A stretch of DNA of 64,000 bases, taken from an uncultured delta proteobacterium (GTDB lineage: Bacteria; Desulfobacterota; Binatia; Binatales; Binataceae). Within the stretch, counting starts at the first letter, position 1, and the number at the start of each line of letters is the position of its first letter. The notes beneath the pieces are model-generated. The model had not been told where the DNA came from. It was given only the letters and a program-made list of their open reading frames with translations, and did not search any database. Of the stretch, positions 46,346-56,921 are shown in pieces. The translations under genes and the position numbers were made by a program. The DNA lies in NCBI GenBank assembly GCA_963724765.1, contig CAVRVY010000004.1:1179175-1243174 (forward strand), read 5' to 3'.

Positions 46346-47386
46346 TTACTCAGGTAGCCAATCCAGAAATTGCCTCAAGTAATTGGTTATGGTCGAGGCG
46401 CGATCGGCAAGGAACAGGTTCCGCGTCCGTCCATCCATGAACGAGCGCGCGCCGGTCAAAGAAATGATGCTGTGCTTCATTTCGCCGAGGATCCGGTAGA
46501 ACAACAGTGTCTCGGGATCGACCTGTATGCCGCTCAGCGCCGTGTAACACCGGACAAATTCATCCAGGGAAAGAAACGCCTGGGGGCCCCACAACGAGCG
46601 ATAAGCCCAGGCGATATCCTCGACCGCATCTCCAAGATGCACCATCTCCCAGTCCAGCATCGCATTGATGCGATCCCCCTCGTACAGAAAATTCCCAAAG
46701 CGGAAATCACCGTGAACGATGCTGATTCTGCGCGCGATCGGCTGATGCTCTTTCAGCCAGATGAACGCCGCGACCATCACCGGATGCGGCTCCATCCGAT
46801 GCTTCAGAAACAGTGATTCCCAGTACGAGATCTGCTGCGCCGCCGCCGTCTCGGGTGTCGTGGCGGGAAGAAAGTCCACGTCCAGCTTTCTCCAATCGAG
46901 TGTATGAAGCCTGGCGGCGATCGACGCGAGCTGTTGTGCGATAGCCCGGCTGCGCTCAGCCATTTCGGGCCTCAGCAGCGCGAAGAAATCCGTCGCGCCC
47001 GCCACCTTTTCCATTATGAAGGAAGGACGCTCGAGCCACCTCCCCTCGCTGTCCATCCAAAGCGCCCGTGCAACCGGAACTCCGCTGCCCCAAAGCGCAC
47101 TGACTATCCCGAATTCGCGGACCAGGTCGGTCTCGAGCTGGCCGGCCTCAGCCTTGCGCAGCATCACGCAACTGACTTTTTGTTCTTCTCCGCCGTCGCG
47201 CCATCGAACGTCGAACTCCCACGCCTGGCGCGCATTTCCCGCTGTGATGGGAGCCAGGTTGCCTATCCGAATCTCTCGCCGAATATCCCCCGCGCGATCC
47301 AGGTTCGCCCCGAGGAACTCCGTCAACCGTGCGACCAGGTTTTCAAGCGCGGCAGCCGATGACACGCTCACTCCAAAAACCTCCAT
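46346..47386 (-). CDS. phosphotransferase (APH/choline-kinase-like) family protein
   Basis: Brenner-type motif IVHGDFRFGNFLY and DWEMVHLGD. Start may be the ATG at 47386 or the GTG at 47371 (a GTGA overlap with the upstream stop). Confidence 0.8.
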   Translation of the reverse strand: MEVFGVSVSSAAALENLVARLTEFLGANLDRAGDIRREIRIGNLAPITAGNARQAWEFDVRWRDGGEEQKVSCVMLRKAEAGQLETDLVREFGIVSALWGSGVPVARALWMDSEGRWLERPSFIMEKVAGATDFFALLRPEMAERSRAIAQQLASIAARLHTLDWRKLDVDFLPATTPETAAAQQISYWESLFLKHRMEPHPVMVAAFIWLKEHQPIARRISIVHGDFRFGNFLYEGDRINAMLDWEMVHLGDAVEDIAWAYRSLWGPQAFLSLDEFVRCYTALSGIQVDPETLLFYRILGEMKHSIISLTGARSFMDGRTRNLFLADRASTITNYLRQFLDWLPE

Positions 47387-48519
47387 CCGGGCCGGCCCCG
47401 TGCGCAGGCGTGGTAGGCGTCGGGCTCAAGCGGCTGCAGGATGCCGGTCGTGGTCTCGCCGTCGCAGGTCACTTCGCAATGATGCTCGTCTAGACCCGCA
47501 AGGCGGCTGCGAATCTCCGCTTTGGTGACGTCGTACTGATCGCCTTCAACGACGTTGTCACCGACGTACTGGCCCTGGTAGATATTCTTGTCGGGCGTGC
47601 CGCCGTACATTCCGCATCGCATATACGCGGTTTGATATCCGATGCGCCGATAATGGACTTGCTTTATCTCTCCCGTCTCCAGCGCATAGTCAATGTCAGC
47701 TTCGAGAAAAATATGAGTATCCGGTTCAAATTTCATTCGCCGCTCAGTCTTGACTATCTTGCCCATACCCGGCCGGGGATCGCCGAAGTTATACAGGATC
47801 GTATTGCCCCAGATCGCGAAATCCTTGAAAGATACCCAGTTGCCGCCAATCCATCCGGCGTGCATCTTGCGCCCGGGCTGAAGGCTGGGGCCGCCCACGC
47901 CTCTGCCCACTCCCCAATGACGATCGCGCGTCCCGCCGCTGGTTTCCCGAGAGAGTTCGATCCGCTCCCCGCGCACTTTCACCCAGCCTTCGGCGACGCC
48001 GAAGCCCTCGAATCCCGCGGTAACATCGGCGCGTCTTCCGCGCGGAGAGCCGGCGGCGACTAATCCCGATGAGGCGTTGTAGACCTGCCGCCTGGTATCG
48101 TGCCAATTCAGGTCGTAACTGATACCCCATTCGTTTTCTTCCAGGACGTAGCGCCACAGGCGCATTCCCTGGATGATCGCTGGTTTGATCGGACCGATGT
48201 CCATGTTCATCCGGTCCGCACCGAGACGCCGAAACGCCCGCACCGAAGTATGCTGACCCTTGAAATTGACGATTGCGTACGCCTCGGCAGTATCGAGATT
48301 CGGGTAAAAGCTGAGGCCCGTGACGACGAGCAGTTCCCCCTTATTGTCATGGCAGATGACCCAGAAGCGCTCGTAGATTCGCGGGTCCGTGGACCAGACC
48401 ACGCGAACCGGGTCGGGCGTCTGATGGATCATGTAGTCATCTATCGGAGCGAGCGGAAACTGCTCGTCGAAATGACTATCGCTGGCAAGCCAACCCGGCT
48501 TCGGATCTTTCACTGTCAT
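47368..48519 (-). CDS. conserved hypothetical protein
   Basis: 383 aa with clearly protein-like composition. Overlaps the downstream phosphotransferase gene, suggesting translational coupling. No family recognised with confidence. Confidence 0.6.
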   Translation of the reverse strand: MTVKDPKPGWLASDSHFDEQFPLAPIDDYMIHQTPDPVRVVWSTDPRIYERFWVICHDNKGELLVVTGLSFYPNLDTAEAYAIVNFKGQHTSVRAFRRLGADRMNMDIGPIKPAIIQGMRLWRYVLEENEWGISYDLNWHDTRRQVYNASSGLVAAGSPRGRRADVTAGFEGFGVAEGWVKVRGERIELSRETSGGTRDRHWGVGRGVGGPSLQPGRKMHAGWIGGNWVSFKDFAIWGNTILYNFGDPRPGMGKIVKTERRMKFEPDTHIFLEADIDYALETGEIKQVHYRRIGYQTAYMRCGMYGGTPDKNIYQGQYVGDNVVEGDQYDVTKAEIRSRLAGLDEHHCEVTCDGETTTGILQPLEPDAYHACARGRPGWRFLE

Positions 48520-48780
48520 GCGTACCTCGACCGTGGCGACCTCAGAGTTTGCGGCAAGGCTGACAGGCGGAGTCTAGATGACGGTCGATAAGGGCTGCAA
48601 ATGCCTGGCGGCTGCCGTTGCCCGGCGTAGGTGGCTGTCCTATAGACTTAGGAGCATGCCCTCGAGAACGCCGAGGGGCGTTTGTGCGATCGGGGCGAGC
48701 CACGCCGTACGCGCCATGCCAATCTTCATGATTCCTGGATTGGCTGGGTCCTCGATGTCCGCTGGCTCTTGGAGGAACAA

Positions 48781-49659
48781 ATGGTCCGGGTAACCGAGCT
48801 GAGCTACATGGGTATCGGGGTGAAGAATCTCGATGAATGGAAGAATTTTACCGCCCGGATGATCGGCATGGAACTGACCGGGGATGAAGAGCGCGACCGT
48901 TGCTACCTGCGGATGGATTACTGGCATCATCGCATCGTGCTGCACGCCGACGACAGCGACGACCTGCTGTATCTGGGCTTCCGAGTGGCAGGCGCGGAGG
49001 AATTCCGCGAGATGCAACAACAACTGTCGTCGGCTGGAATACAATTTCGAGTGGGCACGGAGGCGGAAGCCGTCGAGCGCCGAGTCCTCGAAGTGATGAA
49101 GCTGAGCGACCCGGATGGCAACCCGATCGAGATCTTTCACGGCCCTCAGGTTCAGTACAGCAAGCCCTTCCATCCGGGGCGCGGGATGCACGGGCGTTTC
49201 AAGACCGGAGCCGGCGGCTTGGGGCATTGCATCATACGTGAGAAGGACGTCCCCGCCGCGATTCGTTTCTACAATGCACTCGGAATGCGCGGTGGCGTCG
49301 AGTACAAGTTCCAGATGGGCAAGCAGGTCACCACACCGGTTTTCATGCACTGCAACGAGCGCGACCATTCCGTGGCCTTCGGAATCGGCGGGCTGAAAAG
49401 GCGCATCAACCATCTGATGATAGAAGTGGACAACCTCGACGACGTGGGCCTCACTTATGACCTGGTGCGCAAGCACAACTTGCCGATCATGATTACGCCG
49501 GGCAAACACTCGAACGACCACATGTTTTCGTTTTACGTCGGCAATCCTTCGGGCTGGATGTGGGAGTACGGATGGGGCGCGAGACCCGCGACGCATCAAT
49601 CGGAATACTACGCCGAGGACATGTACGGCCATGAATTCGCGCCCGGCTCCTTCGATTGA
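48781..49659 (+). CDS. type I extradiol ring-cleavage dioxygenase (BphC/HsaC-like, VOC superfamily)
   Basis: ORF 48682..49659; ATG at 48781 after GGAGGAACAA. ..LSYMGIGVKNLDEW.., ..GLGHCII.., ..INHLMIEVDNLDDVG.., ..GKHSNDHMFSFY... Confidence 0.85.
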   Translation: MVRVTELSYMGIGVKNLDEWKNFTARMIGMELTGDEERDRCYLRMDYWHHRIVLHADDSDDLLYLGFRVAGAEEFREMQQQLSSAGIQFRVGTEAEAVERRVLEVMKLSDPDGNPIEIFHGPQVQYSKPFHPGRGMHGRFKTGAGGLGHCIIREKDVPAAIRFYNALGMRGGVEYKFQMGKQVTTPVFMHCNERDHSVAFGIGGLKRRINHLMIEVDNLDDVGLTYDLVRKHNLPIMITPGKHSNDHMFSFYVGNPSGWMWEYGWGARPATHQSEYYAEDMYGHEFAPGSFD

Positions 49660-49893
49660 ATACCAATTCCGGATTCCGGATACAGACGACAGGAACCGGC
49701 GTCCAAGGCTGAAGTATGATTGAGGGCGGCGGCATGCCGCGCGAAGAGGCTCGATGAGGGCGCTGGAAGACAGCGGCGTTCGGCTGCGCCCGGCCCGTCG
49801 CCCACCTCGTGCGTTGGCTGGAATAGTGGGAAATGTGGTTTAAAAGATGTCGCAGGCGGAAGTGACCGCTGAGGCGCTAACCGCTTTGCAGTA

Positions 49894-50703
49894 ATGGAGG
49901 TTGAACAGATGGCAGGAGATTGGACCGAGGAAATCACCCACGTAGCGGGGACTGACCTCGCAATCATCAAGGGCGGCCAGGGAAAACCCCTGCTCGTCCT
50001 GCACGAAGAGATGGGACACCCGGGATGGCTCAACTGGCATGCGGCGCTGGCCAGGGATCGCACCGTCCTGATTCCGATTCAGCCCGGCTTCGGCAAGTCA
50101 CCACGCATCGAAGCGATCCGCAACGTCCACGAGTTGGGATTATTCTACTCATGGATGCTGCGCGACTTGAATCTCGGGCCGGTCGACGTGATCGGATTTT
50201 CGCTTGGCGGATGGGCCGCGGCCGAGATGGCGGCCGCCAACCCACGGCAGTTCCGCAAGATGGTGCTGGTCGCGCCGTTGGGGATTAAACCACCGGAGGG
50301 CGAAATCTTCGATATCTTCGTGGTCACGCAGCGCACGCCGCTCAACCTGAGCATCCACGATCCGGAGACCACGCCGGAGTTCGCCAAGCTCTATGGCGGC
50401 CAGCGGACTCCGGAGCAATTCGAGGCGTTCGAGGACGCACGCACCGAAATCGCGCGCATCGCGTGGGAGCCGATTCTTCATAATCCCGCCTTGCAGTATT
50501 TTCTGCAGGGTGTGAGCGGTCTGCCGACGCAGATTATCTGGGGACGCGAGGATGCGCTGGTGCCGGTTAGCGCGGCGCAAGCGTACAAGCAGGCGCTCAA
50601 GAATACCGATACCCGAGTGACAATTTTCGATCGTTGCGGACATCGGCCGGAAATCGAAAAATCGGCCGAGTTCATCAAACTGGTCAAAGAGTTCCTGGCC
50701 TAA
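49894..50703 (+). CDS. alpha/beta hydrolase (meta-cleavage product hydrolase, BphD/HsaD-like)
   Basis: GFSLGGWAA nucleophile elbow, ..IWGREDALVP.., ..CGHRPEIE... Sits downstream of the extradiol dioxygenase. Confidence 0.8.
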   Translation: MEVEQMAGDWTEEITHVAGTDLAIIKGGQGKPLLVLHEEMGHPGWLNWHAALARDRTVLIPIQPGFGKSPRIEAIRNVHELGLFYSWMLRDLNLGPVDVIGFSLGGWAAAEMAAANPRQFRKMVLVAPLGIKPPEGEIFDIFVVTQRTPLNLSIHDPETTPEFAKLYGGQRTPEQFEAFEDARTEIARIAWEPILHNPALQYFLQGVSGLPTQIIWGREDALVPVSAAQAYKQALKNTDTRVTIFDRCGHRPEIEKSAEFIKLVKEFLA

Positions 50704-50737
50704 GCCGGACTATAGCGTGAGCTGAAGGAGACAAGCC

Positions 50738-52117
50738 ATGCATATAATGTATTTCACCGAACGTCCCTACCGCGAGGTTCCGGAGGACGAGGTAATCAAG
50801 AACCGAAGCTTCTTCGGAGTTCCCAACCGCTTTTTTGATCGCGAGGTCGGCTCGCGGCTGTACAACGAATACCTCGACGAAGCCGTCTATGCCGAGGAGA
50901 TGGGCTTCGATGGCGTGATGCTCAATGAGCATCACGGCACTCCATTCTGCATGGGCGCCGTGATGAACGTCGAAGCCGCGATTCTCGCGCGAATCACCAA
51001 AAAAGTGCGCATCGTGCTGCTGGGCAATCCGCTGCCGACACTGCGCAATCCGCTTCGCATGGCTGAAGAGCTGGCGGAAATCGATCTTATCTCCAAGGGG
51101 CGGCTGGTGCCCGGATGGGTCCGTGGCGCCGGCAGTGAACAGATATTCAATAACGCCAACCCAGCCTACAATCGCGAGTATTTCAACGAGGCGCACGACG
51201 TCGTGATCGCTGCATGGACGCGTCCGGGGCCGTTTCGCTGGGAGGGCAAACATTTCACTTATCGCTTCGTTAACCCGTGGGTCCTGCCGTATCAGAAGCC
51301 GCGCCCGCCGATCTGGATTCCCGGCGTGATCAGCCCCGAGACCGTCGTCTGGTGCGCGCAGCATCGTTACCCATACATCGGGCTGGGCACCGCACTGCAA
51401 TCAACCGTCGAGTTGTGGAATCTCTACGGCGACACGGCGATGCAGGAGGGTTACATGGCCGGGAGCGAGAACTTCGGCTACCTGCAGCAGATCTTCGTCG
51501 CCGAAACGGAAGAGAAGGCGCAAGCGCTCGGCAAGGCCGCGCTCTTCGGCGGTGGCGCCGCGAACTTCTCGCGTCCCGAATGGACCCTGCCGCCGGGCTA
51601 CAACTCAAAGGAAGCGACGCGCCGCCTCGCGCGCCAGGCATCCGACTATGGCTTTCTCGGCGTCACCAGCGAGAAGCTCAAGGAGAGCGGCGACGACCAT
51701 CACGGTAAAGACACGCGCGGCAAGCTGCGCCGCGGCGAGGTCAGTATCGAGGAGGCCAAGCGCAAAATATACGGGACCTATCAGAAGGCGCAGGACGGCC
51801 TGCAGATCATCATCGGGACTCCGAAATCGGTGCTTCCCAAACTGCGCCTGATCATGGAGGTGCTGCACCCAGGTGTTTTCGGACTGTTCCAGGCGCAGGG
51901 GCCGCTGACGCTCGAGCAGCGGATGACCAGTACGCGCCTGCTCGCCCAGGAAGTGCTCCCGGCGATGCGCGAGATCGCCAAGGAGCTGGGTATCGTGGAC
52001 CCGTTCCAGCGTGAACCCGGGTCGCGACCGTATACAGCAGGCACTCAGCGCGATTCGCTGGTCGACCTCAACGCGCTCAAGCGGGCGCCCCAACGCGACG
52101 AATCGATACGCGTATAG
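50738..52117 (+). CDS. LLM-class flavin-dependent oxidoreductase (long form)
   Basis: ..GFDGVMLNEHHG.., ..PRPPIWIPG... Confidence 0.75.
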   Translation: MHIMYFTERPYREVPEDEVIKNRSFFGVPNRFFDREVGSRLYNEYLDEAVYAEEMGFDGVMLNEHHGTPFCMGAVMNVEAAILARITKKVRIVLLGNPLPTLRNPLRMAEELAEIDLISKGRLVPGWVRGAGSEQIFNNANPAYNREYFNEAHDVVIAAWTRPGPFRWEGKHFTYRFVNPWVLPYQKPRPPIWIPGVISPETVVWCAQHRYPYIGLGTALQSTVELWNLYGDTAMQEGYMAGSENFGYLQQIFVAETEEKAQALGKAALFGGGAANFSRPEWTLPPGYNSKEATRRLARQASDYGFLGVTSEKLKESGDDHHGKDTRGKLRRGEVSIEEAKRKIYGTYQKAQDGLQIIIGTPKSVLPKLRLIMEVLHPGVFGLFQAQGPLTLEQRMTSTRLLAQEVLPAMREIAKELGIVDPFQREPGSRPYTAGTQRDSLVDLNALKRAPQRDESIRV

Positions 52118-52133
52118 CTACAGAGGAAGCTTC

Positions 52134-53222
52134 ATGGAATTTGGAGTCACAGTAATAACTCATATTGGAAAGTCACCCGAGCAGATCCGGCTGGCCGAAG
52201 AGCTCGGTTACAATCGGGCGTGGGTGCCAGATTCGCAGATGATCTGGTCCGACTGCTACGCGACCATGGCGTTGGCGGCCGCGAGCACAAAGCGGATCAA
52301 GATCGGCACCGGCGTGGCAATCGCCGGCACGCGAATCGCGCCGGTGACCGCGCATTCCGTAGCCTCGATCAATCAAATTGCTCCGGGGCGGGTGTTCCTG
52401 GGAATCGGCACCGGCCATACAGCGATGCGCGTGATGGGACAGGATCCAATCGGCGTCAAGGATTTCAGGGAATACCTGCGCGTGACGCGCGAACTACTCG
52501 ACGGCAAGGCGGTGAACTACACCTATAGCGGAAAAACGCGCGAGATAAAGTTCCTCCATCGCGACCGCCACTTCATCAATCTCGACAATCACATTCCAAT
52601 CTACATCGCGGCCAACGGGCCCAAGGCGTGCGAGGCCGCCGGCGCGTATGGCGACGGATGGACTACGATTGGCAGGACCACCGAAGACCTGGAATCCCGC
52701 CTCTCGCATATTCGGGCCGGCGCGCAGGCGGTGGGCCGCAAGATGGGCTCCGACTTTCACGTGGTGCTCTTTACCGCGGCCTCGGTGCTCAAACCGGGCG
52801 AGCGGCTGACCAGCGAACGCGTCATCGATGAAACCGGTCCATGGGTGACGTGCGAACTGCATTTCTTCTATGAGATCTGGAAGAAGGAGGGCAAAAACGA
52901 CGCTTTGATTCCACCCTACTTCCGCGACGTCTGGAGCGACTATGTAAAGCGAGTGGATAGTTTTACTCTGCCGGAAAATGCAAGGTTCCGTCAGATCCAT
53001 GACGGTCACGCGACTTTCGTGCAGCCCGAGGAACGGCGCTATGTAACGCCCGACGCGATCAAAGCGACTGGACTGGTGGGAACACCGGAGGAGATAATCG
53101 CGCAGATTCGTGAACTGGAAAGGATCGGAATCAAGGAAATAAACATCGTGCCAGGCCCTGACTTCGCCGAAGGTCCCTTCCGTGACCTGGCGAAGCATGT
53201 GATTCCGGCTTTTCGCAAGTGA
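52134..53222 (+). CDS. LLM-class F420/flavin-dependent oxidoreductase
   Basis: ORF 52011..53222; start taken at MEFGVTV. ..LGYNRAWVPDSQ.., ..IGTGVAIAGTR... Confidence 0.75.
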   Translation: MEFGVTVITHIGKSPEQIRLAEELGYNRAWVPDSQMIWSDCYATMALAAASTKRIKIGTGVAIAGTRIAPVTAHSVASINQIAPGRVFLGIGTGHTAMRVMGQDPIGVKDFREYLRVTRELLDGKAVNYTYSGKTREIKFLHRDRHFINLDNHIPIYIAANGPKACEAAGAYGDGWTTIGRTTEDLESRLSHIRAGAQAVGRKMGSDFHVVLFTAASVLKPGERLTSERVIDETGPWVTCELHFFYEIWKKEGKNDALIPPYFRDVWSDYVKRVDSFTLPENARFRQIHDGHATFVQPEERRYVTPDAIKATGLVGTPEEIIAQIRELERIGIKEINIVPGPDFAEGPFRDLAKHVIPAFRK

Positions 53223-53355
53223 TTGCTCCCTTGGAATAGACGGTCGGTAAGCGCAGTCTTTTCCGGGAAGCTGCGTTTGCTCCGGCCATAACAGTATGGG
53301 CGAGCCTGCAAAGGCTCGCCCACGCGCGCTCATCCGACTATGTAACGAGGCATCC

Positions 53356-54516
53356 ATGGATTTCGAATTTTCGAGCGGCCAACGCGAGATTCGCGAGGCG
53401 GTTTCAAGTTTGTGCGCTCGGTTTGGCGACGAGTACTGGCGCCAGTGTGACGAGCGTAGCGCCTATCCGGAGGAGTTCGTGCACACGCTCAGCGAGGCTG
53501 GATGGCTGGCCGCGTTCATCCCACAGGAATACGGTGGGGCCGGGCTGACGATGCTCGACGGCTCGATAATTCTCGAAGAGATAAATCATTCCGGAGGCAA
53601 CGCCGCTGCCTGCCACGCGCAGATGTATACGATGGCCTCGCTGCTCAAACATGGCAACGAAGAACAGAAGCGGCGCTATCTACCGCGCATCGCTTCTGGC
53701 GAACTGCGGCTGCAGGCCTTCGGGGTGACCGAACCTGACGCCGGCTCCGAAACGCCCAAGATCAAAACCTTCGCCCGGCGCGCGGGCGACAACTACGTAA
53801 TCAACGGCAGCAAGATATTCACCTCGCGCTACCAGCATTCCGACATGCTGTTGCTGCTGACGCGCACGACCCCGTTCGACGAGGTAAAGAAGAAAACCGA
53901 CGGCATGAGCCTGTTCCTGGTTAACCTGCGCGAGTACGGCGACGCGATCAAGGCCGTACCCATCGCTACCATGATCAATCACGGCACCAATCAGCTTTTC
54001 ATCGATAACCTGACCGTGCCTCGCGAAGCGCTCATCGGCGAGGAAGGCAAAGGCTTTAATTACCTGCTGAGTTCACTCAACGCTGAACGTATCTTGGTCG
54101 CAAGCGAGTCGATCGGCGACGGGCGCTGGTTCGTGGAGCATGCGGTCAAGTATGCCAACGAACGCAGGGTCTTCGATCGCGCCATCGGCATGAACCAGGG
54201 TGTGCAGTTTCCGATCGCCAAGGCCCACGTCTCGGTCGAGGCGGCCTCACTGATGCGACTGAAGGCCGTGACGCTCTTCGACGCCAACCAGCCGTGCGGC
54301 GGCGAGGCCAACATGGCAAAATACCTGGCGACGGAAGCCGCATGGGAGGCCGGCGAAGCGGCAATGAATACTCTGGGCGGATACGGTTTCACCAAGCAGT
54401 ATCACGTCGAGCGCAAATGGCGGGAGGCGCGCCTTTACCGGACCGCTCCGATCTCCAACAATCTGGTCTTGAGCTACGTCGCCGAACATCTCTTGGGTTT
54501 GCCGAGATCCTACTGA
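53356..54516 (+). CDS. acyl-CoA dehydrogenase family protein
   Basis: ORF 53296..54516; start taken at MDFEFSSGQ. ..AFGVTEPDAGSE.., ..INGSKIFTS.., ..GGYGFTKQYHVERKWREARL... Confidence 0.85.
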   Translation: MDFEFSSGQREIREAVSSLCARFGDEYWRQCDERSAYPEEFVHTLSEAGWLAAFIPQEYGGAGLTMLDGSIILEEINHSGGNAAACHAQMYTMASLLKHGNEEQKRRYLPRIASGELRLQAFGVTEPDAGSETPKIKTFARRAGDNYVINGSKIFTSRYQHSDMLLLLTRTTPFDEVKKKTDGMSLFLVNLREYGDAIKAVPIATMINHGTNQLFIDNLTVPREALIGEEGKGFNYLLSSLNAERILVASESIGDGRWFVEHAVKYANERRVFDRAIGMNQGVQFPIAKAHVSVEAASLMRLKAVTLFDANQPCGGEANMAKYLATEAAWEAGEAAMNTLGGYGFTKQYHVERKWREARLYRTAPISNNLVLSYVAEHLLGLPRSY

Positions 54517-54599
54517 GCGCGAGCTGCAAAGCGTAACTCATACCATGGGCATCAAGCTGCAACAGATCACCGAAGGAATTCCGCATATCGGAGGAACAG

Positions 54600-55475
54600 A
54601 TGAAGATCGGAATATTCGCAATGCTGTCGGAAATGACCCTCGACCCAGCATCAGTCGCCCGCAGGTGCGAGGAATTGGGTTTCGAATCCATTTGGGTCCC
54701 CGAGCACGCGATCATCCCCGTCCATACCAGGGTGCCCTACCCTGCGCTCGACGGCAAAATTCCCGACGTGTACACACGCTTCCCCGACCCCTTCGTGCTG
54801 TTGGGCATGATCGCTTCGGTGACCCGGACCCTAAAGCTGGGCACGGCGATATGCCTGGTGCCGGAACGCCATCCGCTGGCGCTGGCGAAGGAAGTCGCTA
54901 CCCTGGATTACTTCTCGGGCGGCCGGTTTCTCTTCGGTATCGGCGCCGGATGGCAGGCGGAAGAATCTGAAATCATGGGCGTCGACTTTCCACGGCGCTG
55001 GCCAATCACGCGCGAGTACCTGAGGGCGATGAAAGAGCTTTGGACCAAGCCGGAGGCGAGTTTCGACGGCCGGTTTCTGAAATTCCCCGCGGTGATATCG
55101 AATCCGAAACCGGCGCACAAGCCGCATCCCCCGATTTTCATCGGAGCCGGCGGGCTCAACTGGAAACGCGAGCGTGCGATCAAGGACACGGTTGCGCTGG
55201 GCGACGGATGGATGCCGGTGGCGTTGCCTCCAAAGGATCTGGCTAGCGATCTTACCGTGATGAAACAATTGTGCGTCGAGGCCGGGCGGGACTTTAATCA
55301 GCTCGAGATCTCGATGACCTTCCTTCAGCAACCGGAATTGCAACCGCAGGACCCAAAACGCGCATTGGCGGAGTATGCGGAGGCAGGCGTTCATCGGCTG
55401 ATCCTGGCGCCGGTGCTCGACAGAAAGAATGCCGAGCGCGTCCTCGAGCAGACGGCAAAGGACTATTTGTCATAA
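54600..55475 (+). CDS. LLM-class F420-dependent oxidoreductase
   Basis: ..GFESIWVPEH.., ..PHPPIFIGAGG... Confidence 0.8.
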   Translation: MKIGIFAMLSEMTLDPASVARRCEELGFESIWVPEHAIIPVHTRVPYPALDGKIPDVYTRFPDPFVLLGMIASVTRTLKLGTAICLVPERHPLALAKEVATLDYFSGGRFLFGIGAGWQAEESEIMGVDFPRRWPITREYLRAMKELWTKPEASFDGRFLKFPAVISNPKPAHKPHPPIFIGAGGLNWKRERAIKDTVALGDGWMPVALPPKDLASDLTVMKQLCVEAGRDFNQLEISMTFLQQPELQPQDPKRALAEYAEAGVHRLILAPVLDRKNAERVLEQTAKDYLS

Positions 55476-55514
55476 TCGCTGTTTGGGTCTGTTGCGGCGA
55501 ATCAGGGAAGTGTT

Positions 55515-55850
55515 ATGGAAATCAGCGAGCAGCGCCAAAGCGACCTGATAATCCTGAACCCCGTAGGTCGGATCAACAATGATACGAGCCCAACAATTCA
55601 AACCAAATTGCTCGACTCTGTCGGATCCGCCGCAGCCAAAGTTCTGGTCGATTTCTCCGGTATCGAATACATATCGAGCGCGGGACCGCGCGCGCTAATG
55701 ATGGCCTCGAAACAATCGAAAGCGACCAACGGCCGTCTCGCGGTCGCCGCTCTTACACCCATGGTCAAGGAGATTTTCGCGATTAGCCGCTTCTCGCTCG
55801 TAGTGCAGGTCTTCGAAACGACTGCCGAGGCTATCACGGCCCTGAGATAG
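55515..55850 (+). CDS. STAS-domain anti-sigma-factor antagonist (SpoIIAA/RsbV-like)
   Basis: 111 aa. ..VLVDFSGIEYISSAGPRAL.. contains the conserved phosphorylatable Ser context. Confidence 0.8.
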   Translation: MEISEQRQSDLIILNPVGRINNDTSPTIQTKLLDSVGSAAAKVLVDFSGIEYISSAGPRALMMASKQSKATNGRLAVAALTPMVKEIFAISRFSLVVQVFETTAEAITALR

Positions 55851-55901
55851 CCGTCGGGATTTGCGGCGAGCGGCGGGACGGGGCCGAAAGAGACTACCGC
55901 G

Positions 55902-56867
55902 ATGCTAATCCGCTTCTGGGGAACCCGAGGGTCGCTGCCCGCGCCGCTTAACTATCGCGCGGTCCGAAAGAAGATCCGCCAGGCGCTGCTCGCGGCTCGT
56001 GGTCTAAACCTGGACGGGCCCGAAGCAATCGATGCCTTCATCGACCGCGCGTTGCCCTTTTCGGTCGGCGGCACGTACGGCGGTAATACCAGTTGCGTTG
56101 AAATCGTCACCGGCAGCGATGAGTATGTGCTCTGCGACATGGGGACGGGCGCGCGCGAGTTCGCCAATAGCATTCTCGCGAAGTATGGTCCCGCCAGGAA
56201 AAATCGTTTTAACCTTTTCATGTCTCATCTTCACTGGGACCACATGATGGGGTTTCCCTTCTTTACCCCAGCCTACATTCCGGGCAACGTTATCCGTATC
56301 CACGGCTGCCACAAGGACATGCGAGAGGCCTTCCAGCGTCAGCAGTCCAATCCATCGTTCCCCGTCGATTTTCGAACCCTCGGTGCGACAATCGAGTTCG
56401 TCGAGCTCGAGCCCGGTCGCACATACGAAATTGACGGACTTTCGGTGCTGGCGATCGCGCAAAGGCACGGTGGTGATTCCTATGGCTATCGCTTCTCGAG
56501 AGAGGGACGGACGCTGGTATATTCCACCGATTCCGAGCACAAGTACGAAGCGCTCGATCAGAACTATCCCTTCATCGAGTTCTTCCGTAACGCGGATCTA
56601 CTCATTTTCGACGCACAGTACTCACTCGCCGACCAGATCTCTGTGAAGGAGGACTGGGGACATTCGAGCAATATGATCGGAGTCGAGCTCGCACAGCTCG
56701 CTGGCGTCAAGCATCTGGTGATGTACCATCACGAGCCGGTCAACGATGATCGAATGCTCGAACAAATTCTGGCCGAGACGCGCCGTTATGAAGAAATCAG
56801 CCGCTCGGAGCACAAACAACAGTTGACGATCACCTCTGCTTATGACGGACTCGAGATTGTCCTCTGA
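55902..56867 (+). CDS. MBL-fold metallo-hydrolase (PhnP/RNase Z-like subgroup)
   Basis: MLIRFWGTRGS.. N-terminus and FMSHLHWDHMMGFPFF metal motif. Confidence 0.8.
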   Translation: MLIRFWGTRGSLPAPLNYRAVRKKIRQALLAARGLNLDGPEAIDAFIDRALPFSVGGTYGGNTSCVEIVTGSDEYVLCDMGTGAREFANSILAKYGPARKNRFNLFMSHLHWDHMMGFPFFTPAYIPGNVIRIHGCHKDMREAFQRQQSNPSFPVDFRTLGATIEFVELEPGRTYEIDGLSVLAIAQRHGGDSYGYRFSREGRTLVYSTDSEHKYEALDQNYPFIEFFRNADLLIFDAQYSLADQISVKEDWGHSSNMIGVELAQLAGVKHLVMYHHEPVNDDRMLEQILAETRRYEEISRSEHKQQLTITSAYDGLEIVL

Positions 56868-56921
56868 GGACAAGCCCGAGTCGTCGAAGCCGCGACTGCC
56901 CACAGGTTTGCGTGGCATGGC

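Noticed and set aside
56865-56867. In-frame TGA between the MBL gene and the kinase-like tail, considered as selenocysteine or programmed readthrough
   Set aside because: The downstream segment covers only the last third of a HATPase_c domain, which makes no sense as a fusion partner. I saw no convincing SECIS-like hairpin. A relic is the simpler explanation.
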